Shown here in pieces: positions 50,197 to 63,399 of a stretch of 64,000 nt of DNA (position 1 is its first letter; every line of letters begins with the position of its first letter). The notes beneath the pieces were generated by a model. That model saw only the letters and a list, made by a program, of their open reading frames with translations. It was not told where the DNA came from and searched no databases. The stretch lies in NCBI GenBank assembly GCA_040954595.2, contig CM082597.2, positions 7,031,849 through 7,095,848 on the forward strand, in the 5' to 3' direction. Position numbers and translations under genes: made by a program. Origin of the DNA: Balanoglossus misakiensis (Eukaryota > Animalia > Hemichordata).

Positions 50197-53100
50197 TCAG
50201 ATTGCGGTCAGGACTTTCTTGTCACAAGAGGTCACAGTAACTTTGATATGGTCACCTTTCAAACACAGAATACGTTCATCATCTGAGGATGAGCAACTTT
50301 CATCTATGACAAAACCACCTTCCACCAATGCATCTTTCAAGACGTTTACATTCCCTGGTTGCAATGCATCGCAGAGTTCAATCTGAAGTTGACTTTGTCG
50401 ACATTTATCAGATTCTGGGATGCTGTCAATCAAAGCCTGAGTGCTGCCATTCAAATCACAACCTTTGAACTCTATGTCTTCCAATGACTCTTTGCTGATC
50501 AACTCTTTCCACTTCTCTATGCAAGTGTCATGTGATGGTGTTTTCCCATCAATGATGCTGACTTTGGACAGACATGGCAGAGCTCGAACACATCTACACA
50601 CATTCTCTATTGAGAAAACTCTTGAATAGGATTGTGTTTCAGAGAACAGATAACCAGGGTGTTGAATTGTCAGTGACTTCAGTTCAGATTTGTCTGACAG
50701 ACCCCTACATAGTCGTCTGTGCAATTCAGTCAAAGCACTGTTCTCTTCTAGCAAGATAGATTCCACCTCAGTGACATCACACGTCTGTTCAATATAACGG
50801 TACAGTTTAGTGTCTGTTTTGACATTGACAAACTTTAATTTACATTTACTCTTAGTTTTGGTGTTGTCGTTGAAAGTCACGAAAGGGAAATATGTACTCT
50901 TGAAAGTGTCAGGGGAAATCAAGGCGGGGAAATGTGTAGCCTTTAAATTGTCAGGATAGGCTAAATCTAAATCATATTCCAATGCAAATAGAAGTTTGAT
51001 GATTTTGGATGAGTTGCTGCATCTGCCATATGCAGTTAAGTGATCACCTACAAACTCCAATTGACAAACAACCATGCCGGCAACCACAAATCTATCAATT
51101 GCCTCTGATATTTCATGAGTATCATATAAACAACGATATGGCAAGACAAATGTTTCAACATGTTGACATTCTTGAACAATATTGCAAAAGGCCTTTGCAA
51201 AGCCATAATTGGCAATGCACCGTGAAACATAGGTTAAAGTCTGGGCATTCACAAGAGCCAAACTACGTAATATTTGTTGACTGCGAGGCCGGGACAATTC
51301 CCGCCGATTATCACAAAATCTGACATTGTTGAACCTATATAAATCTGAAAAGGCCAACATGAATTGTGTCACAACACCAAAGTTCCCCCAACAGAATTTG
51401 CAGGAACATAGAGATATCTCTGCATCTGTAGAAATGCTCTCCTCGTCTGTCGATAGACATTCAGATAGTACCTGATGAAGTCCGACGGGATCACAACTTA
51501 ATTTACAAAAATCAATTACAATTTCATGATTTTCAATCTTGGCAATAATCTGGCAGTTAGGTTTTGAGCAGAGTGTACAGTCCCCCTGGCAACTAGGTTT
51601 TAAGTGCACATGTTTTGGTGTACTGGGTTGACATTTCTTCATCAAACCATGTATAGTTTTGATGAAATCTAACTTGACATATCGTACTGCCAAACTAACT
51701 TCTTTGGCTCTAAATTTGAGTAAGTCTGAGATTATGCCAGTGATACGACAATCACTTTTACGAGTGAAATTGGTGTAACCATATGAAAATGACAACGACA
51801 GCTTATTAAATTCGACTGATATTGCATCTTTCACCATTGCTTTTACATCAGACTCAAGGTTCTCATCATTTAAGTTACATTTGACATCCATGTCCACTGA
51901 AACTCTGTCACTATCAATGGATGCATTCTTTAAAAATAACTGAAACTGATTAAGGAAATCTGCATTCTGTTTATACATCTTGTAACACAAGCTAGAAAAC
52001 CTTTCAAGTTGAAACCTGGCAGTGAGATCTTGTTTACCCCTAAAGTTACTATTCTTACCAACTTCCAAAGAAAACGAACCGATTGATTTACTCTCACAGA
52101 GTGCTGTATGTAATTTGTTCAAGAATGCTGCTGGTACATTGCAGTAAGGTAATTTAATGTCAAGTTGTTTGGCTGTAATCTGTGATATGCATTCGACTAT
52201 ACCAGTGGTGTACATTATGTCATCTTTATGGCGGAGCTCTGAACTCACACTGGAGAAGTCCATTGACAACTTACAAAACTTTACCACTCTTCTGTGCATG
52301 TCCTGTATGTCAGAAATGTTCATGTCTTCCAAACTACCAGAATATGTGATGTTCATGTCTAAAGTAACTTCATCATTATTTATAGATGCATACTCTGAAA
52401 GTGCTTGATAAACGCTCACAAAATCAAAACTCTTGCCATCTTGAAAGAAATGGATTTTAAACTTTCCAAACTTGGCAGTGACAGTATCATCAATTTTTAC
52501 ATCTTTTTCTCTCTTGGTACCATCGCAGCTGAATCCTACATCAACTGACCTAATTGACCTACACTCACACAACACTGCATATGTAGTTTTCATGAATTCT
52601 ATACTGTCTATGGGTAACTTCCCTATGACAAGATTGTTGGCAGTAATCTGTGACAGACATTGGACTATACCTGCAAGACCCTTGATACTAGCAGAATCAG
52701 AACCTTGTGTTTTGGAGGTCCAAAAGCGAAGGCCAGTAAATTCAGATAATTTCAGTGACAAAGAGTTAAAAATAAAACCAACTAAATTCACTCTTTTAAG
52801 CATAGCCTGTATATCAGCTGCAGACTTGTCCCTGAAATCACACTTAAATTCCATGTCTAGTTCAAGTTTATCATTACTCACAGATGCATACTCTGAAAGA
52901 CACTGATGTAGACTCACAATATCAAAATTCATGTTATGTGTCACATAACAGAAATTCAAATGTGCAAACTTTGCCTTAATATCCAGTTGACCTATGTTCG
53001 ACAATTCCGCGCCTGGATCATAAAATTCAACATCAACTGATCCAAGAGACTTATTCTTACATAACTGTGTATGTACACCTTTTATGAATTCCATGTCACA

Positions 53101-56100
53101 CCCTGGCAGCCCTTTAATCTCAAGCTTGTTGGCAGTAATCTGTGACAGAAATTGGATGGCATCTGTTGTGGCAACAAGAAAATCAGTTTCTACAGCTCTT
53201 GAAACACAAAATGTCAATGACAGGTATTCAAAATTAACAGAAGTCACTTCTGCCAGCAAAGAATGTATATGAGACTTCATGTTCTTATTATCAGAATCAC
53301 AATTGATTTGAATGTCCCGACGAATTATGTTAATCGTTCCATATTGAGAAAGCAACTGGCACAGATCTGAAAAATCAAAATCCCTGGTATTCAAGTACTT
53401 GTATTTGCCATTAAAGCAACTGTGCTTCCCCTCAACATCAAATGTACTTCTGTCAAAGGATCTGAAACTAGTTTGCCTTGACTGCTGGAAAGATTTGACT
53501 TCAATGGCAACTGATCCTAGAGACCGATTTCTACACAATGATTCATGTACAGCTTTTATAAATTCCATATTTCCGAAAGGTAACCCATTAATCACAAGAT
53601 TGTTGGCAGTAATTTGTGACAGACATTGGACTACACCTCTAAGACCACGATAACTGAGCTCTTCATCAGTATAATTCTTGAATTCCAATGCTAAATTATC
53701 AAATTCAACTGATGTCACTCCTCTCAACAAAGTCTCCATGTCAGTATCATTATTCTCATCTTTTAAATCACATTTGATAACCACATCTAGAATAAGTTTC
53801 TCATTATGAACAGATGCATACTGTGAAAACATCTCACACAAACAGGATAAATCAAAATTTAAAGTATCTATGCGGTAAAAGCTTTGAAAATGTCCAAATT
53901 TAGCTTTGATGTTTGGTTTATTCTGTGATTCCAAACCAGCATGCACATCAACTGACCCAAGAGACTTATTCCCACATAATGATGCATGTACATTTTTTAT
54001 GAACTCAATATTCCCTACAGGTAACCCTTCAATGACAAGATTGTTGGCAGTAATCTGCGACAGACATTGGACCATACTTGTCAAAGAGTTGATGTCTGTA
54101 GTTTTAGAATCAGAAGATTTCAATGACAGATTATAACAATTATAATCAGCCTTGAAATCAAGTTGTGTTTTCCTGTTTTGTGGGGAATAAAAACTGACTA
54201 ACACTCTATTTGTCAGGTTACTGCCTTCGTTAATGTTTACAAGTTTTAAAACCTCAGAATGCTCAACAGGTAACCTATGAATGTCAAATCGTTCAGTGAT
54301 CTTTGACAAACCTTCGACTAGACACTTGACATTATGCAAATGAAAGCTTTTCATGTTTGAATTACCATAATTTGAAACAGTCACTTTAATCTCCACATGT
54401 TTTGGATATTTCAACTCTTCATCTCTAGCAGTAGTGGCATTTGTTTCAGAACATATTTCATTTATAAAATCAAAATTGGACACATTCTTCAAAGTGACAT
54501 CGGATTGACTTACATAATATTTTATATTTATAGTCCATCTCTGGCGTGTATCCCCCCTATGTTCAGTTTTGAATGAGTCTACAATATTTCTAAATGTTTC
54601 TGCTGTCAAAGAATTGGATGCAGACATCTCCAATGTGATGATTTCAGAACTAATACTTGGGCATTTCAAAAGCACTGTGTTGACATGTAGCATGTATTTG
54701 TCAGAATGGTTATCCATAATGTCATTAAGGTCTATTGTCAGATTTTTGGGTAAAAACTTTGCACAGTAAAATATTGTTTCCTCAGAATCACAACCACTTT
54801 CATACAACATTGGCCTTGCATCAAAGGATTTATCTGAAAAAGACTTTCTCTCCCAAACCTTGAATACTTCACCAACATTGTTTTGCAAGTGACCACCAAG
54901 AAACTTCAACATTGCATCATTCCTAAGTAAATAATCTCCAATAACTGAAAATGCAACAGAATCTTCAAATTCTTTATGGTTACTAGTGCATAGATTGGAA
55001 ATGTACAATGAAGCAAAATATTCCTGAAATGTGAAATGATAAAAGTTATAGCTTGGAGGTCGAGAGGTTTTTGTGAGAAGTCCCAATTTCTGTAAGTGTG
55101 GATGACCTGAAATTTCTTTCTCACTGAAAGAATATTTACCAGACTTCAAAGCAGTATATGAGAGTTTACTTAAGTAGAGAATTTCATCCCTGATTTCATC
55201 ACCATTTGGATCAATAATGTTATCTTGTTTTTCACAGTATCGTTTTACGACATAATCAATTAACTCTTTATAAAGTTCTGTGATTGTGTGTGGTAGTTTC
55301 TTTGTTTCCATCCAAATATCACACAACATCAAAGTATTCAAAGGACTCTGCAAAAATCCATACAAAATGGTTTCGTGGATGGATGTCTTCAATTCATTGA
55401 TAAAACTCTCAACTGTTTCTGGTGTTACAGTTTTATCCATTGAAGACATTGCATTTATATGCTTTTTAATAAAAGCTTCTGCATTCTTTCTGTCAAAACC
55501 CTTAATCAATAATTGTCTCTCATACATCTGTTTGGAGTTCTTATCCCTGATTTTCCGAGACGTTACAATTACTGGGCAGTCAGGCAGCAGTCGTCGTTTT
55601 TCTCGGATCATTTCCTTAAAGTACACTGGGAGATCATTGGTACTGACTTCATCAAGTCCATCAAAGACAAAACACACTTGTGATTGATTGCTTTCAACAA
55701 AACTCCATATCTCATCTGCTCCTTCGACATTTTGTAACAAACAATCAAAAACTGCATCTTTAAGACTTTCTGAATGGTATTCATGTAGATCTTTCAATTC
55801 AAAATGAAAAAGAAGTTTGAAACAATTGAGAAAGTTTACATTGCCATTTGCCCAATCATATGCCAACTTTTTACAAAGAGTTGACTTACCATGCCCTGGA
55901 TCACCTTCTATTAAAATTCTCGGATTTTCACAATCATTAGTTCCTGTGAATAAATCTTGTATCGCAAAATCTCTGAAATGTCCATCTTCGGTTTGTAATT
56001 CTAATTCAATGTAGATATCTTCGAGTTTCAGTCTGTCTGTTCCATCCCACCATGGTAAGGGGAGAATGTTGGACTGTCTCTTGTAGTATTTTTGCAACTT

Positions 56101-56123
56101 TTGCTGGCACTTGATGACAACAT
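50197..56123 (-). CDS. Giant NACHT + repeat exon (~1975 codons, open)
   Basis: LEDIYIELEL pre-NACHT motif; Walker A GDPGHGKS; Walker B FVFDGLDE; VIVTSR; SPL; FYHFTFQEYFASLY winged-helix motif. Confidence 0.93.
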
Positions 56124-59100
56124 CTGAAATTATTATCATTGAATATATCTGTATTACCACTCACAAGAACCAAAGTATCATGGTGTACCAGCTAGCATTT
56201 CATCAAATATGATTTTTGAGCATTTTATTTGGATGAAATGGCCCCTCAACATCTTTGAACATCATTGAAGTGATACCTGATTAAAAATTTTCAAGCACTG
56301 ATGACAAAATGATGGATGGGCTCAGATTTTTTTTTGGTGGTTGAAACCAGGAAATCTAATTCTCTCACCCACTTGGACCAAACCATAGTGGTGAAAGGGT
56401 TCAACCAATTCATGGTGAGAAACGTACCTGGTGTAGTTTTCATGGTTGGCATATTCATGGTTGGTGTATAATCAGAAGTGCTTGGTTGGTCATCCTGTTG
56501 AGAATCTATCAAAATAAAAAAAAATAATGTATAATCATTTCTCTTCTTTGACACAAATTAATCCATTCATTGCAGCTGTTGTAAATAAAAAAAACATTGA
56601 TACATTCATAAGCAGTAGTTACAGGTAAAACCAAACTATAATATAGAATTATTATTTAACATTAAAATACGTACTATTCAAATCTTGTGTCTTTTTGGAC
56701 TATAATTTCTGCACATCTTTTCCACTGATGATTTCAAAAGTAAGTTTACCTGCGGTTGTAGTGTCTTCAACAGCTGGATCAGTTTGTTGCCTAGGTGAAG
56801 GTGACTGTTGTCTTGATGTCAAGGGATAATGTGCATGTTTGTCTATGTGGTGTTGTATACTTGTGGTTTCACCTTCTGGATCTTTCATCATTGTCTTCAT
56901 CTCTATCTGTGTTGCAGCTGAACTAACTGCACTGCTAGCAGCAACATCACTGGCATATGAGATACCTGAAGCATGTGAAAAATCACATTGGTGCATTAAT
57001 TGTGCGTGGAATTCTTTTTAAAGTATATTTCAATTTAATTCTAAGTGTTTGACTGCTCTAAGTGTTTGACCACTATTTCTTTTCCAAATGAAGTTTTCAT
57101 TTCACCTCCATATGTTTGGCCACCAGCTCTTAAAATCATCTATTTTCACACTGGAACTTGTGTTAGTGGCCACTTTGTCCCTGAGCAATTAAATGTAAGC
57201 GTTAATTGATCTGTCTATAAAGAACATCTGTCCATAAAAGCCAAGAAAGCCTTGATTGGCCTCTATAAATTTAATTATGGTTGAACATTGCATAGGATAT
57301 AGACTGCCTACATCACTTCATCTATTTTCGCACTGAAACTTGTGTTAATGGCCACCTCTATATAGTGGCCACTTTGTCCCTGAGCAATTAACGTGTGCTT
57401 TAATTGATCTGTCTATAAAGAACATTTGTCCATAAAGGCCAAGAAAGCCTTGATTGGCCTCTATAAATTTAATTCTGCTTGAACATTAAGGGTGATTCTG
57501 GTATTAAATGCAAATGTACACTTGTTACTTAGTAAATTCTGCAAGTCCTTAGGGACCGTTCAGTTTTTACGGCTGGGGGGGGGGGGGCGGCAAGTTTGTG
57601 TCATCGGTTTTCAAAATCAGGCCGACCCCCCCCCCTTCACCCAGCACCAAAAAATGATGACCCCCCCTTTGACAGACCCAAAAATATGATGACCCCCCCA
57701 CGCCGAAAACATTCGCCATCCTGATCCTATGTACACTGTATGCAATAAAGGGAATGAGTCTCCTCACACCTTAATTAAACATTTCTTGAAGTAATTGAAC
57801 TATATAATAGTATATCGTTGCAAAAAAGAAATCTATGAATAAAATGAAATGACAAGTCAATACAATAGTTGCAAGAATTGGTAAAACAAGAAAAGTGGCG
57901 GGGGTGGATGTTGGAGGGGGTTTCCCCTCCCAGATAAGAAAATTTTGTAAAATATGGTGCTCAAAGTAGCATTTTAATGAACTCAAAAGCAAATTATCTC
58001 AATGTTTTACTTTTTGCCACTCCACTCACAGTTAGAAGATTTGGCGTCATCTTTCGCCATGACCTCATTTATAAAACTTCTAGTATATAGAAGATGCAGC
58101 GCGAAACTATCAGTAATGCGAAATGGTTTAAACGATTATTCTCCCTTATATATTTACTTTGTTAAATATTATCATCAGTGGGGTTAGGGTGGCAAGCACT
58201 CTGGCCTGGTACACTAGACAAACTATCAAAAAATGAAATGTGGCGGAGAATGAAGGGGTGGGTGTGGGAGGGGGTGTCCCCCTCCCATATTAGAAAATTT
58301 TGTAAAATAATGGGCGCGAAACTGCAATTTTGTGGACTCAAAAGCAAAAGTTCGGTGGCAAAAGTACGTGACCCTCCCCTAAGCATTTAAAAAAAAACAT
58401 GCCCCCCCCTCTTGCACTACAAAATTTAAGTGACCCCCCCCCCTGGATTTTGCCGCCCCCCCCCCCCCGGCCATAAAAACTGAACGGTCCCTTACCATGA
58501 GATCCTGTGGTTGATTCTTTAGTTTTGGACTCTGCTTCTCTTGTCACTTCATCATATGGATAGTCTTTGTCAAACCCTTTCTCATATCGAACTTCTACAT
58601 GCTTTGCTAACATGTGAAGTCCAGCATTTTTCAAGAGCTGAATAAGAGTTTCAGGTTCATCCCTTGATGTCCAAATTTTAACAACGTTTCAAACAAAAGA
58701 AATGCAGATTTCTCTGTCCGAATTTCTTCCCTTTTAACTGCAGGTATTGAAGGATCCAATATAGCACCCAGTCCATTGACCAATTTAATCAGGTCATCTT
58801 TAATGCATAAAAGAAAAGATTATACATTAAACATTTTCCGGAAATAATGCTCTCCTGAAATACTTCAATAATATTGAAACGTTAAGACATGAAAAAGTTT
58901 CTTGACAATATATCCCTTGTTAGCCGTATGGGATTATATCATGAAACAAAATGACTAGGATACATGCATTAGTACAAGAAGTATGAACGATTACATATGC
59001 ATACACTATCCTTGTGCCAAGTTTGCATAAAAATTAGTTCAGGCTTGTGTGAGTTATAATGTCTGTGGTCGCAGCCCTGCATATTGACAGATAGACATCC

Positions 59101-59212
59101 ATGAGTGTCTTCAAGTGTCACTGGAGTAAAAACATTCAAATGTACACTCACCACCTACAATATCATCTGCCAGCCTTAAAAGATACACCTTAAATGGATC
59201 AAATCCTGCCAT
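50197..59212 (-). CDS. NLR-like gene: DED - linker - NACHT - tandem super-repeats/LRR-like C-terminus
   Basis: Exons 59152-59212 (MAGFDPFKVYLLRLADDIVG), 58496-58797 (DED body, apparent frameshift), 56750-56965, 56428-56505, 50197-56123. Confidence 0.8.
57132..57488. repeat. ~180-bp tandem duplication (MITE-derived)
   Basis: catctattttc...gtggccactttgtccctgagcaattaa...ggcctctataaatttaatt...ttgaacatt occurs twice. Confidence 0.8.
57552..58491. mobile_element. PIF/Harbinger-type MITE, TTA TSD
   Basis: tta-GGGACCGTTCAGTTTTTACGGC ... GCCATAAAAACTGAACGGTCCC-tta. Confidence 0.88.
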
Positions 59213-60542
59213 CTTTGGTTATATTTCCAGCTCACTTCAGTGTGTGGAGTTCTTCAAACAATTAACAACAGAACGCAATACATCTGTCACACCTATCAAA
59301 GAACATATCAGTGTCAAGTTTAAAAAAATAGCAGTATCAAGTAGACTTGTATTGTTTACTTTTGCTTTGATAATTCATAAGTTACACATCTACACATATT
59401 TTTTTTCAAATAATGTCAAGAAAAAGGTTTTAACAAAGTATTTTGAAAAAGAATATTTCTTACCAACAATGTCACATTATAGTAAATACATGTGAATCGA
59501 TAATGTGAATCAATAACTTTTTTTATCGGCATTGAATTCGTCAACAATAACAGTGGCCCCATCACACACAAACATACACGCTGCATTAAACTCTGGTTTA
59601 TTTGCATTTTTTCCCCTGACAAATTTTACCCACCAACGTTCTTGTAAGCTTAGCTGTCTTCAGTGGAATGCTTTGTGGCACTGTAGACCAATCACAGTCT
59701 GTCTACTTTACCAAATGATCGCGGACCAATCAAATGTTTTGTTGCCAGTACCTTTAGGTGGAGTTCACCTATATCTGCCAACACCAATATATTTGACGAG
59801 AACTGACTAGACTTTCAACGCAAATATATGAGACTTCCAGATTTCTGAGCGAGGCCTGCATAGTCTGTGAATTTTCTTCAACAACCAATTATACAAGATT
59901 TGATAATGATTTCCCTCTAACAACACACATTTCTTCGTAATTTAGAATTTAGTACAAGGAAATAGAAATTCCATTAATAACCTCAGATGACCTCTGCAAT
60001 ACCTCTGTGGTACTTTTTCACACAGATGAACAATTAAAAATAATCATAATTTTGCAGTGATTTTGATTCTATTTTCAATTATATCCTAACCTCATGCACT
60101 TATTTACACTGTCCTTTCTAAAGTTTATAGCATTTATACAAAAAATACCATAATAATTGCTTACTTTTAGTGCGTGACGACTTGCAACTGCAACGCAAAC
60201 CACCTCCCTAGTATAATGAGTTACTAGTAGTGAATTAATTATTAACATCAATAGTTTAAGATTTGCTATGATGCCCTCTACAGTTGGCACTGCACGCTAC
60301 TTGCTCACCAAAAACTTTGTCAAAGCTCAGCTGTTTCAACAGCTCATTAAAAGACAGAAAGAAAGTATTGTTGAAGTCACAATAGAAACGAAGAAATTCT
60401 GTGGAAAGATATAATGGAAACCAATCATCTTCAGTGAATTCTACAAATCAATATAAACAATCAACTGACTCATTCTTCATGTAAAACTACAGCATTGACC
60501 CACATGTTACTGTCCCTTGACTGGCCAATTTAATTATATATA

Positions 60543-61505
60543 CAGTCAAACGTGTCTATAGTGGCCAGTCAAGGGACTTTCCTAAACTGGCCTTTATAGA
60601 CAGGTTGCCTTATAGACAGGTCAATTAAGGCTGCATTCACAAACACCTCTGGAGGGGGGGGGGCAGGAGAATTGAGGGGGGGGATTTGAAAAAATTAAGG
60701 GTATGTAAGGGGGGGATTTGAAATAATTTAGGGACTGAAAGGGGGGGACTTGAAAACTTTAACGACTAAATATTTATTTTGAGTCCACAAAAATGCAGTT
60801 TCGCGCCCTTTATTTTACAAAATTTTCTAATGTGGGAGGGGGACACACCCACCCACTCCATTCATCAACACCTTTCAATCATTGACTGGTTTATCTAGTG
60901 TCCCAGGTCAGGGGACTTGCCCCCACCCCATGATAACTTTGAGCGGCGACGGTTAAATTTGTCCTCCCCAACATACCGGTAGTTGAGTTAATTTGCTTTT
61001 GCCGGGTTCATTAAAATGCAGCTTTGAGCTCTGTATTTTAGAAAATTTTCTTACGTGGGAGGGGGACACCCCCTCCCAAACCCACCCCCTTCAATTATCG
61101 GTTTACAATGTCTCCCAACACAGAATACAAATATATGTACTTAAAAAATAAAAACAATGTTCAGTTTTAATACCCACTGATGAGGGGAAAAATCAGTTTC
61201 AAATTCTTTTCATGGGAGTGCTGTTTTTCTTTTTACAAGATAGATAGGTGATGTGTTTTGCTCTGTGAAAGAAAATGGGGGGGGGGGATTTCAAAATTTT
61301 GGCAGTTCGGAAGGGGGGGATTTGAAAATATTGGCAGTTTGGAAGGGGGGCATGTGAAAATTAGCGGTAAAAAAAATTGAATTCTCCCGCCCCCCCCCCC
61401 TCCAGAGGTGTTTGTGAATGCAGCCTAATGTGCATGTAAATTGCAAAGGGACTGCAATAAACTGGCCACTATATTGAGAGGTGGCCACTAACACAGGTTT
61501 GACTG
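60543..61505. mobile_element. Tc1/pogo-type MITE hosting a nested Harbinger-type MITE
   Basis: ta-CAGTCAAACGTGT ... ACAGGTTTGACTG. Confidence 0.72.
60629..61425. mobile_element. PIF/Harbinger-type MITE, TAA TSD
   Basis: taa-GGCTGCATTCACAAACACCTCTGGAG ... CTCCAGAGGTGTTTGTGAATGCAGCC-taa. Confidence 0.9.
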
Positions 61506-63027
61506 CATACAGGTTTGACTTAAAGTTAATTTGTGATCAGGCTTTGAGATTTCGCTGACAAGTTTTTTGGTATCTGGTTGCAGCTACAGTAAAAAAAGCG
61601 TTCAACTTCAATTCTCAACAGGAATTGGGCAACATATGCTGATACCGGAATGTAAGACTGAAATTGTTATTGTTGAACACACTCCAGTCCTGGGACCACA
61701 GTTATCAGTCGTGGCTCATTGATGGTTGAATAGAGTAACATTTGAAATCGGCTTTATAGACCCAGTAACCATGGTAAGTGTATGTCTTAGATAAAGCCAC
61801 TTCTATAGTGACAACGTCTCAGTTTGGTGGTGCTCTTTTTTCCATGGCCAACCCCTGAAAATCTGTGATTGGCCGGATCTCGGAATTCCATGTTAAGAGA
61901 TAGTGGTTAACTTAAATTTGCATTGTATGACCGTCTACCTTTAAGTTGTTTTTCATCTAGTGATCATGCGCAGGATTTTTTCAAACACACATGCAATTTT
62001 GTGTTAGAAACAACAACCTGGCTTGTCCTGCATTATAGTCACGGTCAACTGTAGCCATGTCGCGGTTCTGATTTTCAATCACCTAGGACAAACTTGCAGC
62101 ATTCATCGCGGATGTGACTTTTGTGTCAGGCAGTAATAGATATGAAAGAATATCTCTAGACGGCTTGAATTCTAAAAATAAATTGTATCAATATCAAACA
62201 CCTATTCATCACAGATCGCTATCAAATCAACAACATACATCACCCAGATTGGTAAATAATGCTTGTTTTATTAATAACACGCCTGTGTCCAAAAAAAGCT
62301 CAGCATCACAAAGGTCAGACAAATAATCACACACTCTCGAGATGTCAAAGATACTGAGTATGGGGTGAGATCCCCGCCTGAAAGATGGCGACCTAGATAG
62401 AGCATGTAGATCGAAGGTGTTCATCGAGAGCCAAGGTTTCTCAGTGACGGTGATCACCTGACTTGTCTAGATCACAGCGACACGCACCCCCAAAAGACAT
62501 ACATGTACTAGTATACTGTTAGACAGTTACATGTAAACAACGCCGTTGAAATATGATGCGGACGCCCGGGAAGTATACAGGCACTTGAAATGGATGCTGC
62601 CCGCCCATGTCCTCGCCCCTCGCCGCTCCTAGCAGATCCCCCCATTTCGCTCTCCCCTGTGACAGCACAAGTCCACGAGCACCTGTGCCCTCGCTATGCT
62701 ATCCTAGCAGGCGAAATCCTCAAAAATAGCGTAGACGCCAAAATCAAAATTAAAAATTTCACAAAAGCACTGGTGAAACATTTTCTTGTTGACCCGGTAG
62801 CAAGTTTGACTCGTACTTTCTTGTTTTCAATTGACGGGATATCCCCAAACAGCCTATTTGACCCCAAAATTTACATTTGAAAAGAAAAGGTCGTGTCAAA
62901 AGGCCGGGAAATGGTGAGTGGCGCGGCTTTCCGGGCGCGTCACTGGTCAGATCGCGTTCTACATATTAAGGATATGTTAATTTTTATGCTAATAAGCAAC
63001 TCCTAATATAGGTAATCGATGCGACTG

Positions 63028-63240
63028 AATAATTTAGCAACTAATCATAGAGCTGCTAATAATTCAGCACCAAATTTTTCACCTACTAAGAATGCGGCAC
63101 CTAATCATAACGCTGCTAATAATTCAGCATCAAATATTTTACCTACTAATAATTCGGCACCTAATTATAAAGCTCTGAAAAATTCAGCGCTAAATCGTTT
63201 ACCAGCTTATAATTGAGCACATAATTGCTAATAATCAGCA
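63028..63240. repeat. Degenerate minisatellite, 30-bp unit with 60-bp higher-order period
   Basis: aattcagc at 63061, 63121, 63181; aat..ggcacctaat at 63091, 63151. Confidence 0.8.
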
Positions 63241-63399
63241 CATATCTATGCAAATAATGATATAAATGGTCAATAAAACTAAATAGCAAAAAGCATTAAT
63301 CGAATTATTTAGTTTTGGCGGGAATCTCACCCCATAACTGAGAAGCTAAGAATGGATGGTGGCCATAGAAACTTGCATTGTTGACAGACTGATATTGAT

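Noticed and set aside
50135-56014. Plus-strand ORFs overlapping the NLR exon, and minus-strand ORFs over the PLE
   Set aside because: Antisense shadows of real coding sequence
63028-63240. CRISPR-like array
   Set aside because: Eukaryotic context; degenerate contiguous repeats without unique spacers; no cas genes
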